Both the position numbers and the translations under genes were made by a program. A DNA stretch of 64,000 bases. Source: an uncultured delta proteobacterium. Its GTDB lineage: Bacteria > Desulfobacterota > Desulfobacteria > Desulfobacterales > JAFDCJ01. The notes below the pieces were generated by a model. The model was not told the origin of the DNA. It was given only the letters and a program-made list of their open reading frames with translations, and searched no databases. The stretch is taken from positions 128,001 to 192,000 of the forward strand of contig CAVYNY010000011.1 in the NCBI GenBank assembly GCA_963769935.1. Direction: 5' to 3'. This document shows positions 43,611 to 55,245 of this stretch, one piece after another; the stretch's first letter is position 1, and each line of letters starts with the position of its first letter.

Positions 43611-43790
43611 TATTCATTTCTTTTCGCCGGTCAACATCTCCTGGAAAGTAAGACCGAATAAACCGATATGTTATGGAGGCTCTATGGCGCCTATACTGGT
43701 TTTTCGAGCCATGCCATCCAGTCATCAAATGATCCGGATTTTCAAATGGGTAAATCCCAGGAACGTCCCCGATTCCCCTGGACGGATTCG

Positions 43791-44144
43791 TTATCTGGTC
43801 ATAATATATGAAATTAATGTGCAGCTTGATATAAAAAATAAAAATATCATCCAGGAGACGATGCTGATATGTTTTTTTTCTCTGGTTGTAGGCATGAAGC
43901 CGGGGTTTTCATTCGTGCGCTTTTCTAATAATCTGGAAGACAGCAAAAAAACAGAAACGCCAATTATTCCCAAAATAAAATGCGGCAGTATATCTACTAA
44001 ATAAGATGGGTCTGGTTTTCTTGTGACAATAACAATCACACCCGTGAGACCTATAATTGCCATTGCACCTCCAACCAGTTTGCTAAGCGTGAAGGGCAGT
44101 TGCCTTATTTCAGTTTTGATTTGCTGTTTGATTTTTTTCATCAA
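43791..44144 (-). CDS. AT-rich 3-TM hypothetical protein
   Basis: Start overlaps the upstream stop; hydrophobic segments. Confidence 0.65.
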   Translation of the reverse strand: MMKKIKQQIKTEIRQLPFTLSKLVGGAMAIIGLTGVIVIVTRKPDPSYLVDILPHFILGIIGVSVFLLSSRLLEKRTNENPGFMPTTREKKHISIVSWMIFLFFISSCTLISYIMTR

Positions 44145-44932
44145 TTATTGTTCTTAAATATAATTTTGTTTTTATGATTTTCGAACACGGACCATTTGTG
44201 CTTTTTAATATCATAAACTTTAAATTTTAAACCATCTTCATCAAGCCAAATATAATTATTTTTCCAGAGACGCTCACCATTTGTTTCCTTCTGCCATAAT
44301 ATATTGCCGGACCTATCCAGATAGGAAAAATGGATGTTGTGTTTTTTAAAATCGAAAGTGCTTATTAAGATAAAGTCGCCCGTTTTATTTATAAGGATAT
44401 CATCAATTTCTCCCAGACCGATATGCTTATCCCAGACGGCTGTTTGCGTGGGGGTGTGATAGAGGGTAATTTGTGAGGTATCCTTAAAACCATTTGCTGC
44501 AACGTAATAATTTCCGTTGCTGGAAATGCATGATTTTTCCAACCACCGCACCCCGTTTCCGCCTGAACCGAATTCGACTGTTTTTAACAGGTTGCCAGCG
44601 CCACTGTAAAAGGAAAGACTTTTATAGCCCCCTTCATCATACCAGCCCCAGTTTGCAAAAACAAAGAACTTACCATCATCGGAGATATCTACAAAGCCGG
44701 GAGTTGAAGAAAGTTCTTTTTCCCATACTATTTTATTGTTCTCTTTGAAGGTGCATTCAGACGGGCTACTATCAGGGTAGCCAATAATTTTCATATCGAT
44801 GGAGTAGATTTTATTGGCAGATGAGAATGTTCTAATCGTTCCCTGCTTTGGGGCAACAGCCTTTGCATAAATAATATTTTGTGAAATAAATGTAGCAATT
44901 AATATTAGAAGAATTTTTTTAATCATTTTCAT
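44141..44932 (-). CDS. AT-rich secreted beta-propeller-like protein
   Basis: Signal peptide; repeated ISDDG/ISSNG/INKTG turns and ...W(E/D/Q)K blades. Confidence 0.7.
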   Translation of the reverse strand: MKMIKKILLILIATFISQNIIYAKAVAPKQGTIRTFSSANKIYSIDMKIIGYPDSSPSECTFKENNKIVWEKELSSTPGFVDISDDGKFFVFANWGWYDEGGYKSLSFYSGAGNLLKTVEFGSGGNGVRWLEKSCISSNGNYYVAANGFKDTSQITLYHTPTQTAVWDKHIGLGEIDDILINKTGDFILISTFDFKKHNIHFSYLDRSGNILWQKETNGERLWKNNYIWLDEDGLKFKVYDIKKHKWSVFENHKNKIIFKNNN

Positions 44933-44954
44933 TCCTTAGCTAATTTGTAAAAAC

Positions 44955-44997
44955 AAGGGTCACATCTTAAATACTGAATATTTCAGATGTGACCCTT
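44955..44997. repeat. REP-like palindrome
   Basis: AAGGGTCACATCT...AGATGTGACCCTT; a related degenerate copy lies at about 51400-51460. Confidence 0.6.
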
Positions 44998-45150
44998 TTC
45001 TTTTCAGTAGCGTAAGTCAGCAATGCATATCGACGGAATGGCCCTATGCGCATGGGACGCAATTTGCGGCGCTCTAAACCTTCAGCCAGTCTGGCAGTAG
45101 CGTATGCTGTGTCCCGCAGCTTGCCCACAGCCTCAGTATTTCAACTGGCT

Positions 45151-48100
45151 TTATCGGCATGGTTCCTTGGTTTCGCCGGGATTCAGGCCCAGGCGTATTT
45201 CACGCTCGTGAATTTGAGCGAGCACATCGCGCTGATGCCGGCTGATTTTGCCGACCGCGACCAGGAAAGCATCACTATTTCGATTGAGTTGCGCCAACCT
45301 TTGCCATGCAAGGACCTCAGCCGTTACATCGTAGGCCGATGTCACCAGATCACTCGCTGCCTCCTGGAACGCTATCACGCGCGCGAGACCCCAGCGCTTG
45401 GAGAGGTAATCCTTGATCTTACCTTCAATACCTATAATCGCGACAATTTGTCCGATACCTTCTATGATCTCATCGCGGCTATAGTCCTCGTGGGCTGCCC
45501 AAGCGGAGAAATCCTTTAGTCGATAGGCTTCCTTGAGATGCTGCACCATCTTGAGGGCGTGTATGACCTTTACCCTCTCGGCCGGGTCGGTAAGCGTATC
45601 GAGGCGTTCCTGCAGTTTTCCTTCCGGGAAGTCTAATGAGAAATCGGCAAGCTTCTCCTTGGCGCGATTCAATGCACTATTATAAGCGTCATCAACAGTT
45701 GTTTCCCATTCCCCACGTTGGGCCTGATCGGCCTGAATGGTGGCGTTGAACCGGCGCAGCTGCGACTGAATTCGGCAAAGATCCTGGCGAAGATCCGTTA
45801 CCTCGCCGCGGATCTTGTCTTTTTCGACGGCTGTAGCTGTCGCCATTTCATCTTTCTGCGGCACCTTGGAAAGCATCACGGCCTGTTTTTCAGGCGCAGG
45901 CTGTGCAAATTGTGAAGATAGTGAACCCCAGTCGCCGCTGCGTAACAATTTGACCCATGTGTGAACTTGCTCGGGGGCTGGTGAGGGGGCTGCCATAATT
46001 GTTTTGATGTGTTGCAACTGTTGGGTTGCCTGGGCTTTTTGCTGTGCATCACTGGAGTGCGCCAAGGTATCCACCGCCTGCTTTGCCTGCTGCAATGTCT
46101 CTGTTTGCAGCTCAACCTGAAATACAGGTTCCGGCGGTGATGCTTCGGGAATTTTCCCTAAGGCCGGATTGCCGGTGAAGTCATAATCTCCTGTCATGGC
46201 ACGGGCGCTCTGGTCGGCAAGTGACCTGGCCGTTTCAAGGTCACCCTGCAACGCGGCATCAACCGCCGCTTGTCCCAGAGCCGCGCTTCCGGCCAGTTGC
46301 CCTAAGGCGGTTCTGCCTAATGCAGAATCTTCTCCGGCCTGTACCCAATTGCTTCCAACATCCTGACCGAAATCGACACCGCCGCTGGCAGCAAGTCCAA
46401 TGAAAGTTCTGCTGTTACCGGAAAAGAAGTGGGCTGTCCAGAAGCCCCGCTTGAATTTGTCCGGCAAGGCCATTGAGGGCTCAGGCGGCTCCGGGGGCTG
46501 AAGTCTGATGCCCTGAGCATTCGCCCAGTTGACAAATGCCAGCACCTTTGCAGCCTCTCTCAGTCGATGCAGCACCGGAAGTGCCTTAGCATAACTATCA
46601 TAGTTGCGCGTGATCATTTTCCCGTAATCGTCAAGACCACTTTGGAGCATCGTTGCCATGGCCGGAGGACCGCCATGACGAGCGAGCAGTTCGGCATTTA
46701 TCGAAACTTTCGGCGTCTGAAACGCCAAAATGCGTTTGCTGGGATCATACGCCAATGGAGCCGATTCAGGTTTTAACCAGAGTCGGAATTCGATGCCGCC
46801 GGTGTCGTATTGCCCTGATGCTGTTTCGCGCTGAAAGAGGAACTGGTGTGGGGTGAGGTGTCCCGGCACTTGTTTGGCTAATTCAGGTCGCCCGGTCAAG
46901 GTTTTGAGATCCCAGTCAGCCTCAAGAAAAGTGCGCGCCAGTTCGGAGTCGGGAGAGAGTCCTTCAAGATAGACAGGCTCTGTTTCCACCATCGGCATGT
47001 GGTACATGCGACGCAGGAACTGCTCGGAAAATACCAGGCCGTTGAGCCAAGGTTCCACGAGCCGTTCGCGCAGCAGGTCTGCATTGATTTCATTGACCAG
47101 TTTTTTGAAAGCCGACTGGTTGAAAGTGGCTTCGGCACGTGCAGCAGCGTTCTGCCATCTCGATCCCGGGACACCCATTCTCTGAAAATTGTTCTTCCAG
47201 AGTCCTATCTCGAACAGACACTCTCCCTGAGCAGTGGTCAAAGCACCGGATTGGACTTTGGCTCGCAACTCTTGTCGCAGCGGCTCCAGTCCCAGCCATT
47301 CAATAGCCCCCATAAAAGCATCCGGATCAACATCTTTTCTGGCGGCAGCTTTCAGGAACACGGCAAACTGGAGGTTCCCTGAACTCTCATAGAACTTTGA
47401 CATGAAATTGATAAAGGCGGGAGAGCCCTGGGGAGCGCGGCCCAGCAGCGCTTGTGTCATTTCCGGCATTTCTGCTGGGGTAACTTTCAGCATGTCGGCA
47501 CCTTTTTGCAAAAAACGTTGCCTGTCATCACCAAGGGTCGGATCAGACAAGAGCAAGTCGATTATGCCCGTCAGCCATGCCTTGCCTGCATCGACTGAAG
47601 CCAGATTCCTCTCCATCTGTTGGTCAAGGTTAGCCACAAAGCGTAATGTCGCTTCTTTGCTTTCGGGGGTTGGCTCAAGGCTGAAAGATGGTGCCGGACT
47701 TTGCAGGGTATCGTTCAGCAAAGCCGAGTAGTCAATTGCGCCCGTGGCGTATGCGGCATCGTAGGTGCCGACAAACACCAATTGGCCTGTCGCCGGGTCA
47801 AGATAAATACGCTTCAGATCATTGATCCCGGCTGTTTTGTGGTCTCGTGGCGGTAGTCCGGGAATTTCGAATGGATCGCTGATTGAGGCACTGACCATAT
47901 CGGCCCGTGCCATCTTGCTCAAAATCTCCTGTCGCCGTCTGGACCGTCGCGATGATAGACCTGCGGCATTCGCTTTCCCCACTCTTCCATCCGTCTGTGA
48001 TGGGGGAACCTGAATTTCATTGGAACTCCTTCCGTGTTGCACTTTCAAGACAAGCGGCTGGTAGGGTGATCGCGATGCAATTTGCTCACTAAACCATTCT

Positions 48101-48384
48101 GCCGAAGCAACCGGTTGACCATTAAGTTGTGTGATTGTGACGCCTGGACGAATTCCAATTTTCTGGGCCAGCGAACCGGCTGCGACAGACATTACATAAA
48201 CACCGCTGGCATGATCCGCAACTTGGATGCCCAAGGGTGGGGGGTGAGGTGTTGTAGCGCTTTTCCTGTAGGTGCCATTTGCAGCCCTGTCACTCCCTGG
48301 CATATTGGGCGCTGCGCAAGATGCCAGAAGGGCCAACAGACTAATCGTCACACAGCCTTTGAAAATGGAATACATAATTTTCAT
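45151..48384 (-). CDS. Large PDZ-domain lipoprotein (about 1077 aa) with a DUF1598-like core
   Basis: Lipobox LLASC; PDZ (GVYVMSVAAGSLA..IGIRPG..ITQLNG); FLEADWDLK and RLWLKPE motifs; coiled-coil C-terminus. Confidence 0.8.
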   Translation of the reverse strand: MKIMYSIFKGCVTISLLALLASCAAPNMPGSDRAANGTYRKSATTPHPPPLGIQVADHASGVYVMSVAAGSLAQKIGIRPGVTITQLNGQPVASAEWFSEQIASRSPYQPLVLKVQHGRSSNEIQVPPSQTDGRVGKANAAGLSSRRSRRRQEILSKMARADMVSASISDPFEIPGLPPRDHKTAGINDLKRIYLDPATGQLVFVGTYDAAYATGAIDYSALLNDTLQSPAPSFSLEPTPESKEATLRFVANLDQQMERNLASVDAGKAWLTGIIDLLLSDPTLGDDRQRFLQKGADMLKVTPAEMPEMTQALLGRAPQGSPAFINFMSKFYESSGNLQFAVFLKAAARKDVDPDAFMGAIEWLGLEPLRQELRAKVQSGALTTAQGECLFEIGLWKNNFQRMGVPGSRWQNAAARAEATFNQSAFKKLVNEINADLLRERLVEPWLNGLVFSEQFLRRMYHMPMVETEPVYLEGLSPDSELARTFLEADWDLKTLTGRPELAKQVPGHLTPHQFLFQRETASGQYDTGGIEFRLWLKPESAPLAYDPSKRILAFQTPKVSINAELLARHGGPPAMATMLQSGLDDYGKMITRNYDSYAKALPVLHRLREAAKVLAFVNWANAQGIRLQPPEPPEPSMALPDKFKRGFWTAHFFSGNSRTFIGLAASGGVDFGQDVGSNWVQAGEDSALGRTALGQLAGSAALGQAAVDAALQGDLETARSLADQSARAMTGDYDFTGNPALGKIPEASPPEPVFQVELQTETLQQAKQAVDTLAHSSDAQQKAQATQQLQHIKTIMAAPSPAPEQVHTWVKLLRSGDWGSLSSQFAQPAPEKQAVMLSKVPQKDEMATATAVEKDKIRGEVTDLRQDLCRIQSQLRRFNATIQADQAQRGEWETTVDDAYNSALNRAKEKLADFSLDFPEGKLQERLDTLTDPAERVKVIHALKMVQHLKEAYRLKDFSAWAAHEDYSRDEIIEGIGQIVAIIGIEGKIKDYLSKRWGLARVIAFQEAASDLVTSAYDVTAEVLAWQRLAQLNRNSDAFLVAVGKISRHQRDVLAQIHEREIRLGLNPGETKEPCR

Positions 48385-48859
48385 GAGGTTCTCTTCCTTC
48401 GACGTTTGCAACGGACAGAATTAATCATAGCGGCTTCATCCTAAGTGTTCTTCATCGCAATAAAGCCCAAATAATAGGTAAGATAAATTTCTTTAGCGTT
48501 TCAGTATATTGGTTGGATTTTAATTAAGTATCGGCACTAATTGAAAAGAAATTAGGATTTTGAAAACAAATATTTTAAAACCTCAACGTAAAGAGATTAT
48601 AGCGGGATTATTCTGAGGCACAATGCGTCCATTGTTTGGGCGATCTGAAAGGGAGCAGGAAAAAAAGCCTTGTTCAATCTCAAGCATTATGGTCTTGCGC
48701 CGATATATAGAATGCACGATTGGACTTGTCTCAAGTGCAGATTGGTCTTGACTCACCATAAAGACAAGCCGCTCTGTATTGTTTGTAAAGCGCGTGGTCG
48801 GGTAATTGAAAGGGGTGCGGTTTTGTGTAGGTTTATGAGGAATTATGGGGTTATCAAAG

Positions 48860-50580
48860 CTTGACAAGAGAGTTGTCACCTGAGCCATAACTCAGGCCGC
48901 CTTTTTTAAGCTGTGCATCTGGCTGATTTCGTCCTTTTTTTCAGGGTTCAAACAAACCCGATACACAGGATTCCAATTGCGTATTTGTTTTGACCACCGA
49001 TTCGGATTTCGACTTCGGGCTTTTTCATACACTTTGCGTCGATTGTCGAGAATGTGCTCTTCACGGCCATAATGGCGATCATCGGGCGTAACAAAACGAA
49101 TCGAACTGTGCAGATGCTGTGTATTGTACCAGAAGACAAATCCATCGACCCATGACTGGGCCTGGTCAATGCTTTCAAATGGTTTTGACGGATATTCGGG
49201 CCGATACTTCATGGTTCGAAAAAGCGATTCAGAATAAGGATTGTCATTGCTGACGCTGGGCCGTGAGAACGAAGCAATAACGCCCAGTTTGTGTAAAGTC
49301 GCCAGCATGGTGGCACCTTTCATCGGGCCGCCGTTATCGGAATGAAGCACAAGTTCTTCAGGCTGCACACCGTGGATCATGCACGCATGGGCCAATAGCA
49401 TCGCGCTGTGATCCATGGATTCTTCAGCAAAGACCTGGGCGGCGATGATCTTGCGGCTCCAGACATCGACAATCATGTAAAGATAGAAAAATAGGCCCTT
49501 AACGGAAGTCTTCAGATACGTGATGTCCCAACTCCACACCTGGCAGGGACCGGTGGCCACATGCTGCTTTGGACGGTGACAGACAGCGGGTTTTGAAGCC
49601 TGCCGATGGGCCAGCATCTTATGCTCTTTGAGAACCCGGTAAAAAGTCGATTCAGAGGCCAGATAAACACCCTGATCCGCAAGTTTGGGTACGATCTGCT
49701 TGGGCGAAAGATCCCGGAACGTCGCACTGTTGGATATATCCAGTATCTGTTGCCGCTCCTGTTCGCTGAGCTTGTTTGCAGGTGCTGTCAAAGGTCCCTT
49801 GCGCTGATCTTGGCCGCCGCTTTGTTGGCGCCACCGGATGATCGTACGGGCACTGATTCCCATTATGGCTGCGGCTTTCTTCAGGCGGGCACCGGATTCA
49901 ACGGCCATATCGATAAGATTGATGATCATTTTCCGTTGCTCCCGGCTGTGGGATCGTCCTCGTCCCCCCAGATCTCCTGGACTTTTTTTTTCAGGACCAA
50001 CAGCGCTGCGGTCTCTGCCAAGGCCTTGTCCTTTCGGCTCAGTTCCTTTTCCAGAGCAGCGGATGCGTTTGGCATCATCAGATTTATTCTGATTGGCTTT
50101 CTTTTTAGAAAAGCCGTTTTGGAGGCCATCGAGCATCTGTAAACGCCACTGTTCAAGATGGCTTTGATGCAGGCCCTTTTTGCGCAAAAATGCGCCGAGC
50201 TGTTCCTCATTGAGGGAGGCAGCTTCCATGACGAGCTTCAGTTTATCTTCGGCGCTCCAATCGTTAGGGCGTTTGGGATCTTTTATTTTCAGCCATTTTT
50301 GTATATTCGTTTGCATTGTTAGGAAAACCATACGATGAACCGATGCCAGCCATGCGCAGCCATTTGGAAAGCGTCGATTGGGGGACGTCGACCTGTTTAG
50401 ACAACGCCGAAGCAGATAGCGCACCTGGGCCGGTCATTTTTTGTATCATCGCATTTTTGAACATATCAGAATACTGCATGTCAACCTCCTCCGCCCCCAA
50501 AATTAAATTTCGCGGAGAAATATTGGGTTGCCGCCGATGGGGAAGCCCCCCGGGGGGCTTCCCCATCGGCGATCAGATCG
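48860..50580 (-). mobile_element. IS3-family insertion sequence (orfA/orfB) with extra indels; ends approximate
   Basis: orfA from 50479 (HTH), LVLKKK with A9G slippery site near 49982-49991; orfB rve domain WSWDITY, LHSDNG, SNDNPYSESLF. Confidence 0.88.
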
Positions 50581-50699
50581 GTCAGAGGTATAGTGAATTA
50601 AGCATTTGAAATTTTGTTTCATATTCACAATTCAAGCTTCGTTTAATCTTATTTATCAAAATCTAATAAAACATCTGTTGCTTGCTTTGCCCATGCTGA

Positions 50700-51326
50700 T
50701 CATTTCTCCATTGCAATCACTCTAGCCGGCGCACCATCTCCTCCTTTTATCTTCAATGGCAAAGCGATCAATTTCACTTTTCCCTTTGAAACTGAATCCA
50801 GGTTTGTTAATCCTTCCACAATGATGATATCACCACCTAACAAAATTTCATGGATTTTTGTCACCTCTTCCATATCCATCACATCGGCTATAGAAGGTGT
50901 TTCCACAGCTAACATGTTGATGCCTTTGCCTACAAACCAATTGGCCAGACTTTCATGAATTCCGGGCAATTCTTCGCGATATTTATTCTCACTGACATAT
51001 GCAGACCAACCTGTTTTAAGAATTACGCCATCACCCCTATTGATAAGATCTGCATATACGCCCAAGTCCTCCAACTTTATTTTCTGTTTGGCGTGTGCAT
51101 CAATGGGAATTACCCATGAATCACAAATAAATCTGCTTACTTCATATTCGTCTATTGTCTGGTTATTAACCTCAAAATGAAAAGGCGCATCCATATGCGT
51201 ACCTGCATGGGAATACAAATGAAGGGTTTTCGAATTCCATCCATCAACTGATTTGGATTTGGCGTTTTCAAATGCTACTCCACGCATGCCTTCCTCGTAA
51301 GTTAGTGTGACGTCTATAATTTTCAT
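50700..51326 (-). CDS. Cyclase family (kynurenine formamidase-like) metallohydrolase
   Basis: HAGTHMDAPFHF, IVEGLTNL, PLKIKGGDGAPAR. Confidence 0.88.
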   Translation of the reverse strand: MKIIDVTLTYEEGMRGVAFENAKSKSVDGWNSKTLHLYSHAGTHMDAPFHFEVNNQTIDEYEVSRFICDSWVIPIDAHAKQKIKLEDLGVYADLINRGDGVILKTGWSAYVSENKYREELPGIHESLANWFVGKGINMLAVETPSIADVMDMEEVTKIHEILLGGDIIIVEGLTNLDSVSKGKVKLIALPLKIKGGDGAPARVIAMEK

Positions 51327-51481
51327 GATCAACTCCAGTATTTCGGTCTAAATCAATCAATTTTCATACAAAAACTGTCTGATTAAGCAAAGGATACCAG
51401 GGGCAAATCTTAAATATTAAATTTTCGAAATCAACGATTAATATTTGAGCTGTGACCCTCTTCTTTTCCCCACAGCAAGAG

Positions 51482-51810
51482 GTGATTGGGGATCAAAGCC
51501 CATGCAAAACAATCGGTGTGCGTCTCAGTCAACACCTGTCCCCGTCGCGTTCAAAGGAACCACGGTCTTCATCGTCTCAAAAGATTTTCCGGCGTTCGAT
51601 TCCGCGAACTATGATATGATGCCGCGCACCGGCAGCATGCGTCTTCGCTAAAGCTACGCCGGCACAGGTCAGTTCTGGCTTTTCGTGGCATGTCTTTTCA
51701 ATCAGCCGCAAAACTCTCTTTTGCCAATCATTATATCAATACCCGTCTCCAATATCCCGTCATTATTTTTATTTCTCTGTGAACCAATATTCCAATGGAC
51801 GTCCCCTAAG
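51482..51810 (-). mobile_element. RAYT 5' remnant, copy 1, with 31-bp REP insert
   Basis: From ATG 51691: MPRKARTD[insert]AAGARHHIIVRGIERRKIF*DDEDR...CFAWALIPNH, truncated at the HUH motif. Confidence 0.75.
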
Positions 51811-51878
51811 TTCCCTGTAGGCAGGTGAAACGAACAACACCAGCCCCAGAATTAGCAACCCCTGAAACCATGCGGCCT

Positions 51879-54478
51879 TCATGGCTTTCTCTTCAGAGTT
51901 CTCGAACCCCGGCGCTGCAGCTTGATCCCGGCGGAGCCATGCCCGGCACCCAGGGAAAACGGCAGACTCGGTTCGAAGCCCGTGGTAAAATCCAGATTGG
52001 CGGTATCCTGGGAAATGTGGATCGAGACGGGTTGATCCACCGTCAAATAGGCCCCGAAGGCTTCGCCGGCATCGCCGATCAATCCATCGTTGTTGGAGTC
52101 GCTGCCGGCAAAGATTTTGTACGTGCCGACGGCCACGCCTGTAAAGCGGTAGTCATAACCCGTGCCGTTGAAGGCCACGTCATCCTGTCCTTTGACCGCC
52201 AAGGTATCCGGATCCACCAACAGCACATAATGAAAGCCGGCGTTGCCCCCCACAACCGGGCCGACCACTTGCAGATTCACCGGGACGGTCAGCGCATCCA
52301 CGTTGGGTTCCACCGCCTGCACCGTGATCGCAGCGCTGTATGCGCCAAACGGCAATCTAGCCACGTCGATCGAGACGGTGTAGGTCCCCAGTTTGTTCGC
52401 ATCCACTACATCTTCAGCAACGCTCAGCCACGGAGCATCCGACGCATCCGACATAACGGAGTCGATGGTCAGCGGTTCTTCTCCGCCGTTTGAGATGGTC
52501 AACGTCGCGGTTCTGGATCCCGTGGCGATCAGGTTCAATGCCGCCGGCTGCGCCAGGATGATGGGCGGCAAAGCGGCTCCGGCCGCCAGCCGCTGGCCTT
52601 CTGCAACCGCCGCCAGGGCATCGATCAGCCCGTTGCCGTAGAAGTCGTCGCGACCGGCCGTCCCGAGGTCTGCGGTGATCAGTCCGCCGGACAGCAGGAT
52701 GTCAAATTCATCCGGGGTCAAGGCCGGATAGACCGCTTTCAACAAGGCCGCCACACCGGCCACGTGGGGCGCCGCCATGGAAGTCCCCTGCAGAAAGCAG
52801 TAGACGAAGCGAATCGCCCCGGAGCTGTCGTCCCCGCAAGTGCTCAGCACACCGTCCGGAAAACCGTCGGCGTTGAGATCCCGGCTGCTGTCGCCGCCCG
52901 GTGCGGCCACGTCGATGGCCGGCCCGAAGTTGGAGTACCAGGTGATTTCACTGTCCAGGTCCACCGCGCTGACCGCAACGACTCCCGCATATCCGGCCGG
53001 ATAGGTCGGGATGTCCGTGGACTGGTTGCCGGCCGCCGCAACAATGATGGACGCCCTTCTCCGAACCTGGGTATAAACATCTTGCTCAGTCTGGGAAAAC
53101 CGCCGCCGCCCAGGCTGAGGTTGATAATGTCGGCTTTTTGCCCGGGCTTCGTACCGGAATCATTGTCCAGGCCGGCCGCGTACCGGACCGCCTGCAGGAT
53201 GTCGTACACGGTGCCCGCACCGCCGCGTCCCAGGGCGCGTACCGGCATGAGTTTGGTTTGCCAGGTCACACCGGCAACCCCGTTGGCGTTATTGGTAGCG
53301 GCGGCGATCGTGCCGGCCACGTGGGTTCCGTGAAATGTACTGCCGCCCGGGCTCTGGTCCCCCGGATCATCGGGATTATCATCGATTCCGTTGCCGTCCA
53401 GCGCCATGAGCGGATCTCTGATAAAGTCATACCCGGACACCAACCGGCCCGCAAGATCCGGGTGATTCAGCAGAACACCGGTGTCGACCACGGCCACAAT
53501 GACCGCGTCGTCTCCGATCGTCACTTCCCAGGCCTGGGGCAGATTGATGAGCGGATAGTTCCACTGCCTGCCGTACTGCGCGTCGTCGGGGACCACAAAG
53601 GCCCTGCGGATGTAGTTGGGCTCGGCATAGCGGACATCCGTGCGTTTGCGCAAAGCCCGCACGATCCGCAAGGTATCCAGTTTGTCGGGCATCTCCGGGT
53701 CGGCAAATTGCACGTTCGTGTCGCCGGCAGTCACACCGAGCGCCCGCAAAACCGTTTGTTTTTCGTTGTCGCCCGGGTATCTCAGCAGCACTTCGCGCCC
53801 GGCAGCGCCCGCCGAGACATCCATCCCCAAGGCGGAGGCCACGGCGGCAGCGCCCTGCGCATCGGCAAAGCGAACAATCGCCTCGTGCGGCACGAACTCG
53901 TCGCTGAGCCGCAGGCAGGTTCCGGCAGCCGACACCGAGCTAATGCCGATGGTCAGGTTGTAGTTGGATGCCGAGTCCACCGCCCTGACCTCGATGAAGT
54001 ACCGCCCATCTGCGGGCACGGTCAGCGACTCCACTGCCGCCGGTCCAATCGCTGCGTCCACCATCGTCTGGTGGTCATCGTATAGCACCAAGTCCAGCCC
54101 GGCGCTCTGCTCGGCCACGAACAGTGCGATGGTCTCGCCCTGGGTTAAATCTGCCACAAAAAAATCCAAGGGGTCGCCGCTCGCAAAAGATCGCCCTCCG
54201 TAACCCTTACCGGCGGTGTTGACGTATCCGCCCACGATTGCGGGGTTGGGAAGCGACTGGGCCTCTCCAAAGTCATTGTTGGGAATGTCCGGGGCAGATG
54301 GATCGTTGACATCGCTGTCGATCACGGCACTGTCTACGGCCTGAATCCGCCCGCTGACCGTGTAGGTGGGCGGCGGTGAAGACGAACCGCCGCCGCCACC
54401 GCAGCCGGCAACAATGGCCCACAACAGAAAAATTCCCAGGGTGACAAACCCCGCCGTTGTTGTTCTGGATGCGCTCAT
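51879..54478 (-). CDS. S8 (subtilisin) lipoprotein protease, split by a 1-nt deletion near 53095
   Basis: Lipobox VAGC; VAVVDTG, HGTHVAG, AAAGN (shifted frame), GTSMAAPHVAG; adding one T restores GFSQTEQD. Confidence 0.85.
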
Positions 54479-54494
54479 ATTGGATATCTCCTTA

Positions 54495-54650
54495 GGGTTC
54501 ACGAAAAAATAAGTTCACAATTTTAGGCGGCGCGGCGCCCGGCCGGCAAGGCGCGAAAACGCAGGAATATCTGGATATTCCGAGCTTTCGCAACGCAGCC
54601 AGACGGGATGCAGCGGCGTATAAAATGTGAAGTTATTTTTGAGTGAGCCC
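54495..54650. mobile_element. MITE family B, complete (156 bp)
   Basis: Same TIRs as 28782-28938; TTA on both flanks. Confidence 0.85.
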
Positions 54651-54697
54651 TTAGCCGGGACAAACTCGAAAGTGCCGCTGTCGGCTTCATCCAAACC

Positions 54698-55015
54698 TCA
54701 GTCATCGTCGGTGACGATCTCGCCTGTGACGTTGTCAACGATCACGGGGCTTTCAAAGTAGGTCACTGACGGTAAAGCACCATACTTATCGAAAATGAAT
54801 TGCTTCCACTCATCCGTATAGAGGCGCTCGGCGTCCGCATGTGAATTCCACAGATACACCCCGCCGGCTGTTCCGCCATCCTTTGCAAGAATGTAATACT
54901 TACGTATCAGCCCATGAATCTCTCTGTACTTTGGTGCCGTACTCGAAAAAATCTCGCGCGCCTTTTCGCGAGAAATCGGCTGTGGAAGTTTGAACTGTAC
55001 AAGTGCTGTAATCAT
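54698..55015 (-). CDS. YdhR-family putative monooxygenase
   Basis: GLIRKYY, AGGVYLW; AAGGA SD. Confidence 0.8.
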   Translation of the reverse strand: MITALVQFKLPQPISREKAREIFSSTAPKYREIHGLIRKYYILAKDGGTAGGVYLWNSHADAERLYTDEWKQFIFDKYGALPSVTYFESPVIVDNVTGEIVTDDD

Positions 55016-55245
55016 ATCGATTTCCTTTGTAACGTTAACGGATTGCCTCCACCGAAAATATTCGCAATTGACGAAAACTCCGACACCCCCCAAACCAGAC
55101 TTTGACTATGCTCCCATTCCGTTTTTCCCTGTATCTGTTTTTGTAGCTTAAACGCCAGCAGTCAGTGGCAGCCAAAATTATCACTGATTCCGACAAATTG
55201 CAAAAAAAATGAATTTAGAAAGTTATTCACTTTCGCGCCTGCGGC

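Noticed and set aside
45010..45150. attC half-sites at about 45020, 51345 and 55148
   Set aside because: Only one arm resembles attC and the cores are degenerate.
48600..48864. 64-aa Cys-containing ORF or further RAYT remnant
   Set aside because: No SD; only a faint RYIE...DW similarity, too weak to call.
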